The position numbers and the translations under genes were made by a program. Under the pieces are notes generated by a model. It did no database searches and was not told the DNA's origin. It worked only from the letters and a program-made list of their open reading frames with translations. Positions 63,184 through 64,000 of a stretch of 64,000 nt of DNA are shown here, one piece after another; the first letter of the stretch is position 1, and every line of letters starts with the position of its first letter. This stretch comes from Flavobacteriales bacterium UBA1986 (GTDB lineage Bacteria > Bacteroidota > Bacteroidia > Flavobacteriales_G > Salibacteraceae): contig DDDG01000024.1 of the NCBI GenBank assembly GCA_002336245.1, positions 45,794 to 109,793 of the forward strand. Reading direction: 5' to 3'.

Positions 63184-64000
63184 CTAAGGTGCCAAACGAA
63201 GAATTTCTACTCTTTGGTGTTCGCCTTCTGATTCCAGGTCAAGAATGTACATTCCTCCCGGACTCGGAAGAAGAATTACTTCGTTCACTCCTTTGGCAAC
63301 CAATTTTCCTGAGAGGTCGAAAAGCGAATAGGTGAAATCTTCCAATCCCTGAACTTCAACATAAGCTGAACTAGGATTTGGACCAATCTTTAAGTGAGCA
63401 AATACTCCTTCTTTTACTGAATAAGGAAAGCTTCCTTCAATGTTTACACGGATGGTATCGGCCCCTCTGCAGCCATTCGAATCCGTAACCTCAACCCAAT
63501 ACTTCCCTGTGACTGTAGCCAATATGATGCTATCGGTTTCGATGGTGTTCCAGCGGTAGCTGTTCCAATGCTTTTTTGTCCCAAGAATCACTGTAAAACC
63601 ACTCGAGAGGTTCGTGTCATTCCCAAGATTGGGAGATGGGGCTGGCTGATCGATGACCAAGATGGTGTCTGATGAATTGCAGCCTGCCGTACCAACTTGC
63701 ACTCTATATTCACCGCTCTGCCGAACCGGAAACTCCAAGCCAAAATTCTTATCATTCCACACAGCAAAAAAACCAGAATCCATAAAAGAATCAACGCTCA
63801 GGATTAGTGTGTCTCCTTCACATAATGTGGTGTCAGCACCCAAATCCACCCTCGGAGGATACACTGCGTTTTTTTCAAAGATAAAATCAACCAAACAGCC
63901 ATTGCTGTCGGAAAATTGAATTTGATAGCTACGACTCGAATCCCCAAACAACAGCAATGACGTTCCATTGAGAATAACATCAATTGAATCACTCCACAGC
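63184..64000 (-). CDS. Secreted T9SS-sorted protein, C-terminal part only (N-terminus beyond the window end)
   Basis: The frame stays open from 63957 to 64000 (LWSDSIDVILNGTS...). C-terminal type A sorting domain (IGPNPSSAYVEVQ ... GMYILDLES). Confidence 0.75.
   Translation of the reverse strand, partial: LWSDSIDVILNGTSLLLFGDSSRSYQIQFSDSNGCLVDFIFEKNAVYPPRVDLGADTTLCEGDTLILSVDSFMDSGFFAVWNDKNFGLEFPVRQSGEYRVQVGTAGCNSSDTILVIDQPAPSPNLGNDTNLSSGFTVILGTKKHWNSYRWNTIETDSIILATVTGKYWVEVTDSNGCRGADTIRVNIEGSFPYSVKEGVFAHLKIGPNPSSAYVEVQGLEDFTYSLFDLSGKLVAKGVNEVILLPSPGGMYILDLESEGEHQRVEILRLAP

Noticed and set aside
63588-63919. Short ORFs on both strands inside the terminal T9SS protein gene.
   Set aside because: They are nested in or antisense to an open frame that carries a clear T9SS sorting domain and stays open to the window edge.
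1-64000. Looked for a defence island, prophage, transposon, integrase, restriction-modification genes, toxin-antitoxin pairs or a CRISPR array anywhere in the window.
   Set aside because: I recognised no such genes or arrays. The content is housekeeping and envelope genes with uniform density and style. Claiming a novel defence system here would be unsupported.

Overview
This is a 64-kb, very gene-dense chromosomal segment (roughly 95% coding, with many 1-4 nt gene overlaps). It looks like core genome of a Bacteroidota (Flavobacteriia-like) bacterium. The evidence for that placement is T9SS C-terminal sorting domains, asnS-rpoN synteny, a membrane-protein/hemD pair, TAnnTTTG -7 boxes and no Shine-Dalgarno signals. 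I call about 57 CDS: RNase R (missed by the ORF track because it runs off the window), ferritin, hemD, rnpA, an S41 protease, DprA, PolA, DusB, a TetR-TolC-MFP-RND efflux operon, AsnS, sigma-54, UvrC, a Cys/Met PLP enzyme, an M43 T9SS protease, TatD, asparaginase, an ExbB/ExbD motor, Dxs, RfbA, a polyprenyl synthase, peptide deformylase, GT9 and others. There is one tRNA-Ser(GGA). I see no rRNA, CRISPR, transposase, integrase or phage genes, and no recognisable defence island, so I do not claim a clear-cut new system. The best leads are: (1) the only large non-coding gap (59764-60159), holding a heptanucleotide tandem array and a 205-bp element bounded by 23-bp inverted repeats; (2) an ATGA-coupled operon of an HpnN/MMPL-like exporter, RfbA and a polyprenyl synthase; (3) a coupled CxxCH lipoprotein / YceI / beta-barrel trio; (4) a CarH-type B12 photoreceptor-like regulator divergent from uvrC; (5) a membrane LytTR regulator with AgrA-style direct repeats; (6) a peptide deformylase homologue with a signal peptide; (7) a TlpA-like lipoprotein that seems to need an ATT/ATA start. 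All functional calls rest on motif recognition by eye, not on database searches.
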